From Oceanispirochaeta sp. (GTDB lineage Bacteria > Spirochaetota > Spirochaetia > DSM-2461), in assembly GCA_963663385.2 (NCBI GenBank), contig CAXXXD010000003.1, forward strand, positions 608,001 through 672,000: a stretch of DNA of 64,000 nucleotides. The letters run 5' to 3'. Of this stretch, positions 8,956-18,347 are shown piece after piece. The notes below the pieces were generated by a model, which worked only from the letters and a program-made list of their open reading frames with translations, was not told where the DNA came from and made no database searches. How positions within the stretch are numbered: the first letter of the stretch is position 1; the number at the start of each line of letters is the position of its first letter. Both the position numbers and the translations under genes were made by a program.

Positions 8956-10821
8956 TTGAAGATTCAGTATAAACTATCCATCCCCATAATCGGCATCCTT
9001 CTCTTATTCTTTTTCTGCATCCAGTTCTCTGTTTCCTTTGGATTGAAACGGTACAAAGACTATGTTATCTCGGTTCAGAGAACCGCCCTGCTGGAGGGAT
9101 ACAAACAGGAACTGAAGGGGGAGACGGATATCGCCGTGTCCCTGATACAATCCATCTATCAAATCCCGGATCTCACTGATGAGGAGAAGCTCGAACTGAT
9201 TCGTAAAACGATTCGTCCCCTCCGCTTTGGCAGGGAGGGTTATTTCTACGCCTACAGCGCCGGTAACGGGGTGAATCTGATTCACGGGCAAACTCAAACC
9301 AATGAGGGAAAATCCCTGTGGAACCTGCAGTCTCCTGATAAAACGCAGTATATTATCCGGGAACTTGACGCCATTGCCGCGGAAGGATCCCTGTTTCTGG
9401 AATTCTACTGGTCTAAACCCGGAGAGGACCCTGCCGAGGTTTTCCCGAAGCTGGGAACCGCCATGATGGTTCCCGGTACGGATATCTGGGTGGGAACCGG
9501 TGTGTATATTGATGATATAGATCAGCATATCATGGAGCATATTGCCCCCCTTCAGCAAACGTATAATCAGCTTACCCGTACTCTAATGGGGCTGATGCTG
9601 ATTGTTACGGGTCTGCTCTTCGCAGTAGCGGTTCGTCTTATAAGGGGGGTGGTCTCTCCCATTGTCCATCTAAGCAGGATTGCCCGGGATTCCAATGGAA
9701 CAGATTTCACTGTTATCCCGCAGCTGACCAGAAGGCGTTTCCCCGATGAAGTTTCAATACTGGAAGAGAGTTTTTCTAATCTTCTGGTTCGTTTCACTTC
9801 GGTAATCAGAGGTGTACAGCAGGCGGTACAGGGATCTATTGAATCAAGCAGTTCCATGAATGTCTCCATTAAAGATATCAGTGAATCACTGGCCGATTCC
9901 TGGATGTCCCTTCAGGGAATCGCAGTTGCCGAAAAACAGCTTACTACGGAAGCCGGCGCCAACCTGCGGATCAGTGTCGATTTAAAAGCCTTTCTGGAAG
10001 AGAGTAAAACCCTCGCTTATGAACAGTATAAAAATGTTGATAATTCTGTCCGGTATATAGATGCTATGCAGAATGAGATAAAACAGGTGGATCAGGGAAT
10101 CAATGAGTACCATCAGCTGATCAGTGAACTGGACAGTCGTGCTCACAGAGGTTCAGAAAGTATCAGTACTGCCGTACAGAGTCTGGAAGCGGCGGACAAG
10201 GCCGCGGGAACCATCAATGAAGCTATTTCAATGATCAGCGACCTGACTGAACAGACTAACATTCTGGCTATTAATGCTTCCATCGAGGCGGCCCGGGCCG
10301 GGACCGCGGGTAATGGTTTTGGAGTCGTTGCCAAGGAAATACGAACCCTGGCGGAGAATTCAAGGGGGAATATGGCCATGATCGGGCAGCAGCTTCAGGA
10401 TGTCGCGCAATCTATCAGATCAGGTCGGGAGAGGACGGAAGAGGCGGAAGGAACTTTCAAAGATATTCAGAATTTCTCCAGGGATGTGCTGCTGGGGATT
10501 GAGGGAATTTCAGATCAGAACAGCAGTATCCGCGCCAGAAGTCAGGAGGTGGAGAGTTTGCTTTCCCGGCTGACCGCCGGAGCGGATAAAACAAAGGATT
10601 CTACCCTTCAGGCATTTGAAAAGGTACAAATCCTGGAAGAATCCGCTTCCGAACTGACCCAACTGGCCCGGAATATGAAAGATACCCTGGGACGGGTGGA
10701 AACCGGTTTCGGACTGATTCAAAAGCACTCCTCTGCTATCCTGAATGAATCAGTCTCAAACAATAAGAAGATGGATCTCCTCCAGGACTCTGTATCGCCC
10801 TTCAAAACGGGAGCGATCTGA
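8956..10821 (+). CDS. Methyl-accepting chemotaxis protein with Cache sensor domain
   Basis: TM-Cache (GYFYAY...YWSKPG...WVGTGVY)-TM-HAMP, then [20 protein letters not shown] start after GGGAG. Confidence 0.9.
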   Translation: MKIQYKLSIPIIGILLLFFFCIQFSVSFGLKRYKDYVISVQRTALLEGYKQELKGETDIAVSLIQSIYQIPDLTDEEKLELIRKTIRPLRFGREGYFYAYSAGNGVNLIHGQTQTNEGKSLWNLQSPDKTQYIIRELDAIAAEGSLFLEFYWSKPGEDPAEVFPKLGTAMMVPGTDIWVGTGVYIDDIDQHIMEHIAPLQQTYNQLTRTLMGLMLIVTGLLFAVAVRLIRGVVSPIVHLSRIARDSNGTDFTVIPQLTRRRFPDEVSILEESFSNLLVRFTSVIRGVQQAVQGSIESSSSMNVSIKDISESLADSWMSLQGIAVAEKQLTTEAGANLRISVDLKAFLEESKTLAYEQYKNVDNSVRYIDAMQNEIKQVDQGINEYHQLISELDSRAHRGSESISTAVQSLEAADKAAGTINEAISMISDLTEQTNILAINASIEAARAGTAGNGFGVVAKEIRTLAENSRGNMAMIGQQLQDVAQSIRSGRERTEEAEGTFKDIQNFSRDVLLGIEGISDQNSSIRARSQEVESLLSRLTAGADKTKDSTLQAFEKVQILEESASELTQLARNMKDTLGRVETGFGLIQKHSSAILNESVSNNKKMDLLQDSVSPFKTGAI

Positions 10822-10827
10822 TCCTTC

Positions 10828-12063
10828 CTAGATTAAAGTGGCAAAGTAATCTTCAGCTGTTTCCGCCCGGCGGATCAGCCTGCTGCTGCCGTCTTCCCTG
10901 AGCAGAATCTCCGCACTTCTTAATTTTCCGTTATAGTTGTAGCCCATGGAAAACCCGTGGGCTCCCGTATCATGGATATAGATCAGGTCCCCCCTGTCTA
11001 TGGGGGGAAGTTTCCTGTCTATGGCAAATTTGTCGTTGTTTTCGCAAAGACCGCCTGTTACATCGTAGAGCTGATCTCTTTCTGATTCCTCTTTTCCCAT
11101 AACCGTAATATGGTGATAGGCTCCGTACATGGCCGGTCTCATCAGATTGGCAGCGCAGGCATCCACGCCGATATAGTGTTTGTGTATCTTTTTTTCATGT
11201 ACGGCTGTTGTGATCAGGGCCCCGAAGGGGCCGAGCATAAATCGTCCCAGCTCCGTATAAAGGGCAACGTCTCCAAAGCCTGTTTCTATCAGAATTTCCT
11301 GATAGTGCCTTTTTATGATATTCCCCATTTCAAAAATATCGATCCCCTTCTCGTCGGGTAAATAGGGGATACCGATGCCTCCCGACAGGTTGATAAAGCA
11401 CACTTTTATTCCTGTATCCCTCTCCAGATCGATGGCTGTTTCAAACATCATCCTTGCCAGGGCGGGGTAGTAAACGGTATTCAATGTATTACTGGCAAGA
11501 AAGGCATGGAGACCGAACTGTCTGACACCTTTGGTTTTCAGTATTTTAAAGCCTTCCACCAGCTGTTCGTAGGTAAAACCGTATTTGGCATCCGAAGGGC
11601 TGTCCATTATATCATTGCTGCTGGTAAAGGAATTCCCGGGGTTGTAGCGGCAGCAGATTCTTTCGGGTATTCCCGCCGTCTGTTCCAGAAAGTCTATATG
11701 GGTAATGTCATCCAGGTTTATTGTCGCTCCCAGTTTGCCGGCATACTGATAATCCCCGGCCGGAGTCACATTGGATGAGAACATAATATCATTGCCGGAG
11801 AAGCCGGACCTTTCGGACAGAAGCAGTTCTGTATAGGAGGAACAATCCATTCCGCATCCCTCTTCTTTCAGTATCTTCATGATTTCCGGATTGGGTGTGG
11901 CCTTTACCGCAAAGTACTCTCTGAATCCCCTGTTCCAGGAAAAAGCTTTATGCAGTTCTCTGGCATTTTCCCGGATGCCCTTTTCATCATAAAGATGGAA
12001 GGGGGTCGGGTGGGTCTCTACAATTCTCTCCAGCTGCATCTTTGTCAGGAATGTTTCTTTCAT
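10828..12063 (-). CDS. lysA: Diaminopimelate decarboxylase
   Basis: YFAVKA PLP lysine, ELGRF, GLCENND, HDTGAHGFSMGYNYNG. Confidence 0.9.
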   Translation of the reverse strand: MKETFLTKMQLERIVETHPTPFHLYDEKGIRENARELHKAFSWNRGFREYFAVKATPNPEIMKILKEEGCGMDCSSYTELLLSERSGFSGNDIMFSSNVTPAGDYQYAGKLGATINLDDITHIDFLEQTAGIPERICCRYNPGNSFTSSNDIMDSPSDAKYGFTYEQLVEGFKILKTKGVRQFGLHAFLASNTLNTVYYPALARMMFETAIDLERDTGIKVCFINLSGGIGIPYLPDEKGIDIFEMGNIIKRHYQEILIETGFGDVALYTELGRFMLGPFGALITTAVHEKKIHKHYIGVDACAANLMRPAMYGAYHHITVMGKEESERDQLYDVTGGLCENNDKFAIDRKLPPIDRGDLIYIHDTGAHGFSMGYNYNGKLRSAEILLREDGSSRLIRRAETAEDYFATLI

Positions 12064-12756
12064 CTATTTTTCTCCTTTTATTCTGATCAGTTCAATTTCA
12101 TTGGTAAGAGACTCCTTCAGGAGTTCCACCAGGTTTTTTTTGGTCGAATAAAGGCAGGTGGAGGCGGCGTCCCTGATATCACCGGTAATTACCTCGCGGG
12201 AGTCGGCTATCAGGCGTATCTCATCCATCCGTTTTTCTGTTCTGTAGATGGTTGCCCCTGTCAGTTCCACTGCCGTATTTGTAATGATGACAACCTTTAA
12301 ACCTCTCCGGATCGCTTCATTCAGGTATTCTTCAAGTTCATTCAGAACCGTTTGATGCATGGAGAGATAGATCCTTTTCCCGGCTTTAAGGATTGTATTA
12401 ACCATCTGATCAAAAATGTTATTCCTGCCCTGAATCGTTATATATCCCTGATACCTGTCCTTCCGGTCCGGCATTTCCCTGAAGATTTTCCGGGCTGTTT
12501 TCTCCATCCTCCGTATCCGGTTTGAACAGAGATCCTGAACGGGAACCGGAGAGTACAGCTTTTTCTCTCCTTCGATGAGGTTGGCAGCCCCTTTATCCGT
12601 AAGAGAGGCCAGGGCCGTGTAGGCATTTGAACGGGAAATACCGGTTAGTTTTGATACTTCGTAGCCTGTGAGGGCTCCCTCTGTGTTGAGGGTTACATAT
12701 ATGGCCGCTTCCTGATTGGTTAAGCCGAATTCCGTCAGTCCTTCGATCAGATTCAT
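12064..12756 (-). CDS. TrmB-family transcriptional regulator
   Basis: FGLT-x2-EA-x2-Y...GYEVSKLTGISRSNAY wHTH. ATG at 12756 with GGAG SD; abuts lysA. Confidence 0.88.
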   Translation of the reverse strand: MNLIEGLTEFGLTNQEAAIYVTLNTEGALTGYEVSKLTGISRSNAYTALASLTDKGAANLIEGEKKLYSPVPVQDLCSNRIRRMEKTARKIFREMPDRKDRYQGYITIQGRNNIFDQMVNTILKAGKRIYLSMHQTVLNELEEYLNEAIRRGLKVVIITNTAVELTGATIYRTEKRMDEIRLIADSREVITGDIRDAASTCLYSTKKNLVELLKESLTNEIELIRIKGEK

Positions 12757-12770
12757 ACAGTATCTCCGTT

Positions 12771-12822
12771 TTATAGTGTTCCTGAATAGGAACACTATAA
12801 GAAAAGCATGGAAATCTGTCAA
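12771..12822 (-). promoter_or_regulatory. sigma70 promoter (TTGACA-17-TATAGT) overlapped by a 30-bp palindrome; candidate TrmB operator
   Basis: TTATAGTGTTCCT-GAAT-AGGAACACTATAA at 12771-12800; -35 at 12817-12822; -10 at 12794-12799. Confidence 0.75.
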
Positions 12823-12879
12823 TGTTAAAGAAAAAGAATTCTTTATAAATAATTCCGGAATATAATCGTCTTTATAGGT

Positions 12880-13431
12880 ATGAGTGGGGCAGTAACAAGA
12901 CTATTACAGAAGGAAGAAAGGCGCTTATTGAGCCTGTTTCTCAGAAAAACAGGAGATCCACAGGAATCCCGGGACCTTCTGCAGGATCTGTATGAGTCTG
13001 TTCTCGGCAGTCTGGACAGTTTTTCCGTTGCAGAGGATCAGGCTGCCTGGCTGTTCCGGGCTGCTCACAATAAAGTAACCGACTGGTACAGAAAAAAAAG
13101 CCGCAGAAAGGAAACCAGCCTCAATGAAACGGTTGCAGAGGATACCGCTCTGGTTGACATGCTGGTAGATCCCTATATGGATCTTGAGAACCGTTTTTTC
13201 CGGGACGGACTGCTGGAAGCCCTCGATCTGGCCATAGAGGCGCTGCCCTGTAAGCTGCAGGCGGTTATTGTGGAACAGTCACTGAACGGCCGTACTTTCA
13301 GGGAACTGGCTGAGGAGTGGGATATTCCGCAAGGGACCCTTCTGTCCCGGAAAAGAGAAGCTGTACGCTTATTGAAGGACGCATTGGAAGAATTTACGGA
13401 TGTCTGGAATGATATAAAAAGGGAATTATAG
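12880..13431 (+). CDS. ECF sigma factor
   Basis: Region 2 (DLLQD...AWLFRAAHNKVTDWYRK) and region 4 (TFRELAE...GTLLSRK). Confidence 0.9.
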   Translation: MSGAVTRLLQKEERRLLSLFLRKTGDPQESRDLLQDLYESVLGSLDSFSVAEDQAAWLFRAAHNKVTDWYRKKSRRKETSLNETVAEDTALVDMLVDPYMDLENRFFRDGLLEALDLAIEALPCKLQAVIVEQSLNGRTFRELAEEWDIPQGTLLSRKREAVRLLKDALEEFTDVWNDIKREL

Positions 13432-13442
13432 GAGAAACAGGT

Positions 13443-13868
13443 ATGAAAGAGAAAAATATAGGAAGAATCGGATTTATCGGAAGAGGAATCCTGTTCGGAT
13501 TGGGCGCTCTGGTTTTTGCAGCGGCTTTCGCCCTGGTTTTCGGCTGGGTACTGATGCTTTTATGGAACTGGCTTATGCCGGCTCTGTTTAATCTGCCGGT
13601 TATTACCTACTGGCAGGGATGGGGGCTTATCCTGATCTGCCACCTTCTGTTTAAAGGCGGCGGGCATGGAGGGCCGCAGGAACATATCCGCAGCAGAAGA
13701 GACAGATGGGGAGACTCCTGCTATAAACCGCATTTTAATAATCCCGGTGATATGGATGATTTCAGGAAAGAATTCAGGAGCCGTTTGAGAAATCACTGGC
13801 GCGATAACCGGTTCGAGGGGAGTCCTGAAAAACCTATGGATGATAACCGGAAGGATGAGAAGGACTGA
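13443..13868 (+). CDS. Membrane protein co-transcribed with the ECF sigma (possible anti-sigma/target)
   Basis: Two TM segments with LWNWLMP...ITYWQ motif and a charged C-terminal tail. Confidence 0.7.
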   Translation: MKEKNIGRIGFIGRGILFGLGALVFAAAFALVFGWVLMLLWNWLMPALFNLPVITYWQGWGLILICHLLFKGGGHGGPQEHIRSRRDRWGDSCYKPHFNNPGDMDDFRKEFRSRLRNHWRDNRFEGSPEKPMDDNRKDEKD

Positions 13869-13870
13869 TT

Positions 13871-14764
13871 TCAGTTAAAAAACAGGCCTATTCTCCTCCC
13901 CCCGAGAGGGAGGAGGAAGGTTATCCAGAAACCTATTATCCCATACCGGAGCATGTGGAAGAGAAAGTAGTCCGGAAACAGCAGCTTTAATCCTCCCTGA
14001 ATCAGAATAATTCCCGTATACCCCAGGATTATACGAACGGCTTTCCGGGAGATGGAACCTTTGGCTGCATCAAAATCGAATATCCTGACTTCCAGAACAA
14101 ACCCTCCGAAAGTACCCAGCAACAGACCGGAGTTTTTAAAGAAATCCTGGATTTTTACACTTCCTTTGTACTGGAACAGTTCTATCAGGGTCATAAAAAT
14201 AACAGTAGAAGCAACAATTGACAGGCATGTAATCATCAGTCCCTGCAATTTCGCCTTATTATCCCATTTTTTATTTATTACTCCCGTTAGAAACCAGGCA
14301 AGACCAATCCCGAGCACCCAGCCCGCCAGAACATCTTTCGGCCAGTGGACGCCAAGGTAAACACGGGATACTCCTACAAGAATTATGGCCAGTGTACAGA
14401 AAATACGGATGACCCTTTTTTTAAAGAGGAGGAAAACTGAGGTATAAAAAGAAGCCGCCCCCTGGGTATGGCCGCTGGGAAAGGAGTAGCCCGTAGCCGT
14501 TTCAAGGCGTTTACCCTGAAGTCCCGGCATTGCTTCGAAGGGTCGGGGAGCCTTAATGGCAATCTTGATCAGTGAATTAAAAAAGGTTGAAACCGATAGG
14601 GCAAAGGTTATGCATATGCCTGCCCTTTTTGAAATCCCCCAGAAAAAAAGAGTGATGATCAGAATATAAATACCCGGTTCTCCCAGCATTGTTAAGGCTT
14701 CCGCTATATGGTCCAGCAACGGGGTTTCATGGGACTGGAAGAAAATCAAAATATCAGTCTGCAT
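13871..14764 (-). CDS. PAP2-family membrane phosphatase
   Basis: K-x6-RP, PSGH and SRVYLGVHW-x2-D motifs. Confidence 0.9.
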   Translation of the reverse strand: MQTDILIFFQSHETPLLDHIAEALTMLGEPGIYILIITLFFWGISKRAGICITFALSVSTFFNSLIKIAIKAPRPFEAMPGLQGKRLETATGYSFPSGHTQGAASFYTSVFLLFKKRVIRIFCTLAIILVGVSRVYLGVHWPKDVLAGWVLGIGLAWFLTGVINKKWDNKAKLQGLMITCLSIVASTVIFMTLIELFQYKGSVKIQDFFKNSGLLLGTFGGFVLEVRIFDFDAAKGSISRKAVRIILGYTGIILIQGGLKLLFPDYFLFHMLRYGIIGFWITFLLPLGGRRIGLFFN

Positions 14765-14886
14765 GGTTTACGTCTTTCTCCTGAGAATCAGTCATAAACA
14801 TAAAGGCAGGAGCCCTTCCTGTCAAATAAAGGTATCCGATTGCAGAAAAAAGGGGACTCCTTCCGGAAAGAGGAATACAATGGTTT

Positions 14887-16200
14887 ATGAAATCCCCGTA
14901 TTATCTGATATTACTGATCAGTATGACTTCCTGTGCTTCCCTGTACAGGGATACGCCTGTTAATCCGGAACCTGCCGGCGAAATCTCCTCCGTCAGAGGA
15001 TACAGGTTGAATCAGGACGGACTGGTTCTGTCTCTTCATCAGGATTCCTACCCGGAGAAGGCATGTTTCCTCTGGAGAGTTCCGGGATTCACGGTCCATT
15101 GCGAGGAGGAGAAGCTGCCTCTTTTGAAGAATCTTTTCAAGGACTGGTACAGAGGAGGGGCAAACTGGTATATGCGGGATTCAAACAGTGTGTTTGTCCG
15201 CTTCGGTGAAAATCCGGAAACCGATAAGCCTTACCTGTTCCCCGGAATAGGCCATGACGAACTGATCAGGCTGACAGAGGAAAAGGGCGTGATCTTCTGG
15301 ATGAGTTATCCCTCTCTATTCTGGATTTCTGCTCGGGATGCAGAGGCTCTTTCACAGGCCTGTGAGAATAATGAAACTCTGAAGATTTTGGTAAAGCGAG
15401 TGGCCTGTAATCGTTATGATAAAAACAGCTGGTATAATGCCGCCGGGTACCCTCTCGATTTTGATTTCACGGAGTATGGCATTCAAAAAAAGCAGTACGG
15501 CCGCAGGCAGCGGGAAATACCGGAGGCCGGGAAATCCTTCTTTTCTTTTCCGGAGATTCAGCCTCCCTCCTATTATCTGAACGCGGGCCCCCGCTCAAAG
15601 CTGGATGAATCCTATGCTGTCCGGATAAGGGATGAGCTGTCTCAATGCCCTCATACGGCGGAAGGGCTTATTCGGATTATGCACTGGGTAAATGAAAATT
15701 TTCAAAGCGGTCTGCTGGGGGATGACAGGATTACTGTCAATGATTTTTTTAAATACCGCATGATTCAGGGCTGCCGGACGAATGCTCTCGTTCTGGCTGC
15801 CGTATTACGTGCTCTGGATATTCCGGCTGCCCATATTTCCACGGTGGACCTGCCGACAGCCCGGCAGACAGAAGCAGGCGAGAGTATAGCCAGCGGGCAT
15901 GATATGGTGGAAGCCTATATAGGAGGACGATGGTATCTCCTTGACGGGTCAGGAAGAGTCTCTGAAAGTTATAATCCGTTAAACCCCTATATCATCCGTT
16001 TGGAATCAGAAAACGGGGCGGCCGGGATATCGGAAGGATTTGTTATTGCCCGGGGGCTGGATAACTGGGATTACGGGTATTTTGAGGAAGGGGACTACAG
16101 GGCGCAGTGTTCCCTTTTTCTCCAGGCTCTCAGAGGAGGGGAGCTGGACTCGTTCCTGGTCTCTCCCTCCCTGGTGGTTATGGTTCCGGGAGGGGATTAA
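14887..16200 (+). CDS. Transglutaminase-like domain lipoprotein
   Basis: Lipobox MTSC; Cys-His-Asp triad (QGCRTNA, GHDMVE, WYLLDG). Confidence 0.75.
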   Translation: MKSPYYLILLISMTSCASLYRDTPVNPEPAGEISSVRGYRLNQDGLVLSLHQDSYPEKACFLWRVPGFTVHCEEEKLPLLKNLFKDWYRGGANWYMRDSNSVFVRFGENPETDKPYLFPGIGHDELIRLTEEKGVIFWMSYPSLFWISARDAEALSQACENNETLKILVKRVACNRYDKNSWYNAAGYPLDFDFTEYGIQKKQYGRRQREIPEAGKSFFSFPEIQPPSYYLNAGPRSKLDESYAVRIRDELSQCPHTAEGLIRIMHWVNENFQSGLLGDDRITVNDFFKYRMIQGCRTNALVLAAVLRALDIPAAHISTVDLPTARQTEAGESIASGHDMVEAYIGGRWYLLDGSGRVSESYNPLNPYIIRLESENGAAGISEGFVIARGLDNWDYGYFEEGDYRAQCSLFLQALRGGELDSFLVSPSLVVMVPGGD

Positions 16201-16311
16201 TCAGTTCCGGGACAAGAACGTATCTCCCTTATAAATTATTCCGGGAGGACGGTGATCACTCTCAATACTGGTTAAATTGACAGAGTGACAGGAATGCTGA
16301 TAGCATGCCGT

Positions 16312-17958
16312 ATGAAAAAGAAATGCCCGATCAGCTTTACTTCTTCCGCTGAACATCTACTCTTTCTGCTTGTACTGGCTGCTTTGTTATGCCTGTACGG
16401 GTTTACTTTCAGCCACAAGCTGGTTTCTCCTCCTTCCGAATCCATCAGCCGGGAGATTCTGCTGGACAGGCTGGAATACGGCTTTTCAAAAATCAATAAC
16501 ACGCATATACAGGTCCTCTCCGATCCTGACGGCAGGGGTGCCTGGGTGCTGGGGGTAGACGGTGAGAAAACCCGTCTGTTCCTGGTGGATATCAGGGGAG
16601 AAATCCTGAAGGATTTTATTCTGAACCTTGATCTCTCCCAGGCATCTGATCTAAAAGCCCATATGACAGAAAAGGGGTATATCAGCCTCTATTACAAACA
16701 CCGTTCTCTTAACGGTATAATAATAAATCCGGAGGGGCAGATCGTGGCCGAGGGTATTCCGGCAGAGAAGATCACCGGTTTTTCATCCCTGGGAGATTAT
16801 CTGGTATTCTGCAACAGCGAAGGGCTTTGGGGAATCCCGTTTTATGAGGGGAATGTCCATCCGGAACCGGCTCAGCTTACAGAGGAAAGGAGCGATTCCT
16901 TCAGTTTATGCAGCGACGGGGAGGGGCAGTGCCTTCTGTATTCTGTAAAGGACGGTGATTCTGTTTCGCCCCTTGTCTATGTCGACAGCAGGGATAACTT
17001 TATAACATTTGAGACCATTCCCGTTCATCCCGAAGGAGAAAGGAAATACTTCAGCAGGATTGTCGACACCTATGTTGACGGTAATATTTTATACGCCCTG
17101 TGCCTCTACCGGGATGAACGATTCAAGATAAATTATATATCCCTTCTGCGAATAGACAGGGATAATGGTGAGATCCTGCAGAATACCAGGATGCCCTTTC
17201 CCTGCCTGAAGAGCCGTTATGAAATTACAGACGCCTGTGAGGGACAGGTACAGTTCATTCACCAGATAAGCGACCGGAACGGGATCAACCTGGGGCTGAC
17301 CACAGTATCCGAAAAAGGAGCTGTTCATACCGATCCCTGTACTAAAACCCGATCCATGAGTAAGCTGGGCGGATTTTTTACATCGGGGGAGTATGCCGGG
17401 ATTATCTTCTCCGATATTGATTATGATAAAAGAACCCTGCTGTTTGCATCGGGGGATCCGGATCTGATCCGTTCCACCACCAGTCTGCAGAGCATAGGGT
17501 TCTGGTACCCCTTTGGCACGACTCTGCTCCTTTATCTGGTATCACTGATAGTCGGAGCACTCCAGCTCCTTGTTATCATTCCTGTTCCTGTCAGCCTGTC
17601 CCTGTTGATGGACCGTCTGATGAACAGGGGGAGGAATAAAAATCAGATTTTCCCTTTAGCCGGGCTATTTGTGCTGCAGGCGAGCCTGAAACTGCTGGTC
17701 TCCTATAATCTCATTCATGTTTACGGCCTGTTTTATTTCCATCCTCCGGTTATCGGTGAGGAACCTTTTATATATTTTGCGATTCTGCTGAGCACCTTTT
17801 TTTCTCTCTGGCTTACCGTGAGGGCTAATAAGAATCATAATTTTGACCACTCCTCCTATCTGGATTTCTATATCCGTTTTGCCGTTTACGATTATCTGCA
17901 GTATACGGCGCTGATCCTGATCTATATTGCCAGCTCTGTTCTAAGCGGGAAAATCTGA
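16312..17958 (+). CDS. Hypothetical membrane protein (N-terminal TM, large beta-rich extracytoplasmic region, ~5 C-terminal TMs)
   Basis: Long ORF; TTGACA-18-TAGCAT promoter 5 nt before ATG 16312. Confidence 0.7.
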   Translation: MKKKCPISFTSSAEHLLFLLVLAALLCLYGFTFSHKLVSPPSESISREILLDRLEYGFSKINNTHIQVLSDPDGRGAWVLGVDGEKTRLFLVDIRGEILKDFILNLDLSQASDLKAHMTEKGYISLYYKHRSLNGIIINPEGQIVAEGIPAEKITGFSSLGDYLVFCNSEGLWGIPFYEGNVHPEPAQLTEERSDSFSLCSDGEGQCLLYSVKDGDSVSPLVYVDSRDNFITFETIPVHPEGERKYFSRIVDTYVDGNILYALCLYRDERFKINYISLLRIDRDNGEILQNTRMPFPCLKSRYEITDACEGQVQFIHQISDRNGINLGLTTVSEKGAVHTDPCTKTRSMSKLGGFFTSGEYAGIIFSDIDYDKRTLLFASGDPDLIRSTTSLQSIGFWYPFGTTLLLYLVSLIVGALQLLVIIPVPVSLSLLMDRLMNRGRNKNQIFPLAGLFVLQASLKLLVSYNLIHVYGLFYFHPPVIGEEPFIYFAILLSTFFSLWLTVRANKNHNFDHSSYLDFYIRFAVYDYLQYTALILIYIASSVLSGKI

Positions 17959-18017
17959 TTTTCTGCCGGGAGGAAACTCTGGATGGAAACAGGGGAATCT
18001 GTTAAACTCCCGGTGTT

Positions 18018-18260
18018 ATGAAAAAAGCAGAAATTACCTATCCCTGTAAATGGTCCTTCCGTGTCATCGGACTGGATAAAGAGGCCATGACAGGGGACAT
18101 TAGAAATATTATGGCAGATAGAGCATATACTCTGGGAGAGTCAAACAGAAAGGGGAAATATCTTTCCCTGAATCTTTCTCTTGACGTGGACTCCAGAAAC
18201 GAGAGGAATATCCTGTTTGCCGCCCTCAAAAGTTCGACTTCTGTAACCATGGTTATCTAA
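18018..18260 (+). CDS. YbeD/DUF493 (HP0495-like) protein
   Basis: ITYPCKWSFRVIG...KGKYLSL ACT-like pattern. Confidence 0.85.
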   Translation: MKKAEITYPCKWSFRVIGLDKEAMTGDIRNIMADRAYTLGESNRKGKYLSLNLSLDVDSRNERNILFAALKSSTSVTMVI

Positions 18261-18347
18261 GCAGGCATTCCTGTTCGCTTTTCCCTGTTGTTTCCCCTAT
18301 AATTGTTTAATGGAAAATCCCTTCGTGGGGAGAACCGGGGAGGAGTT

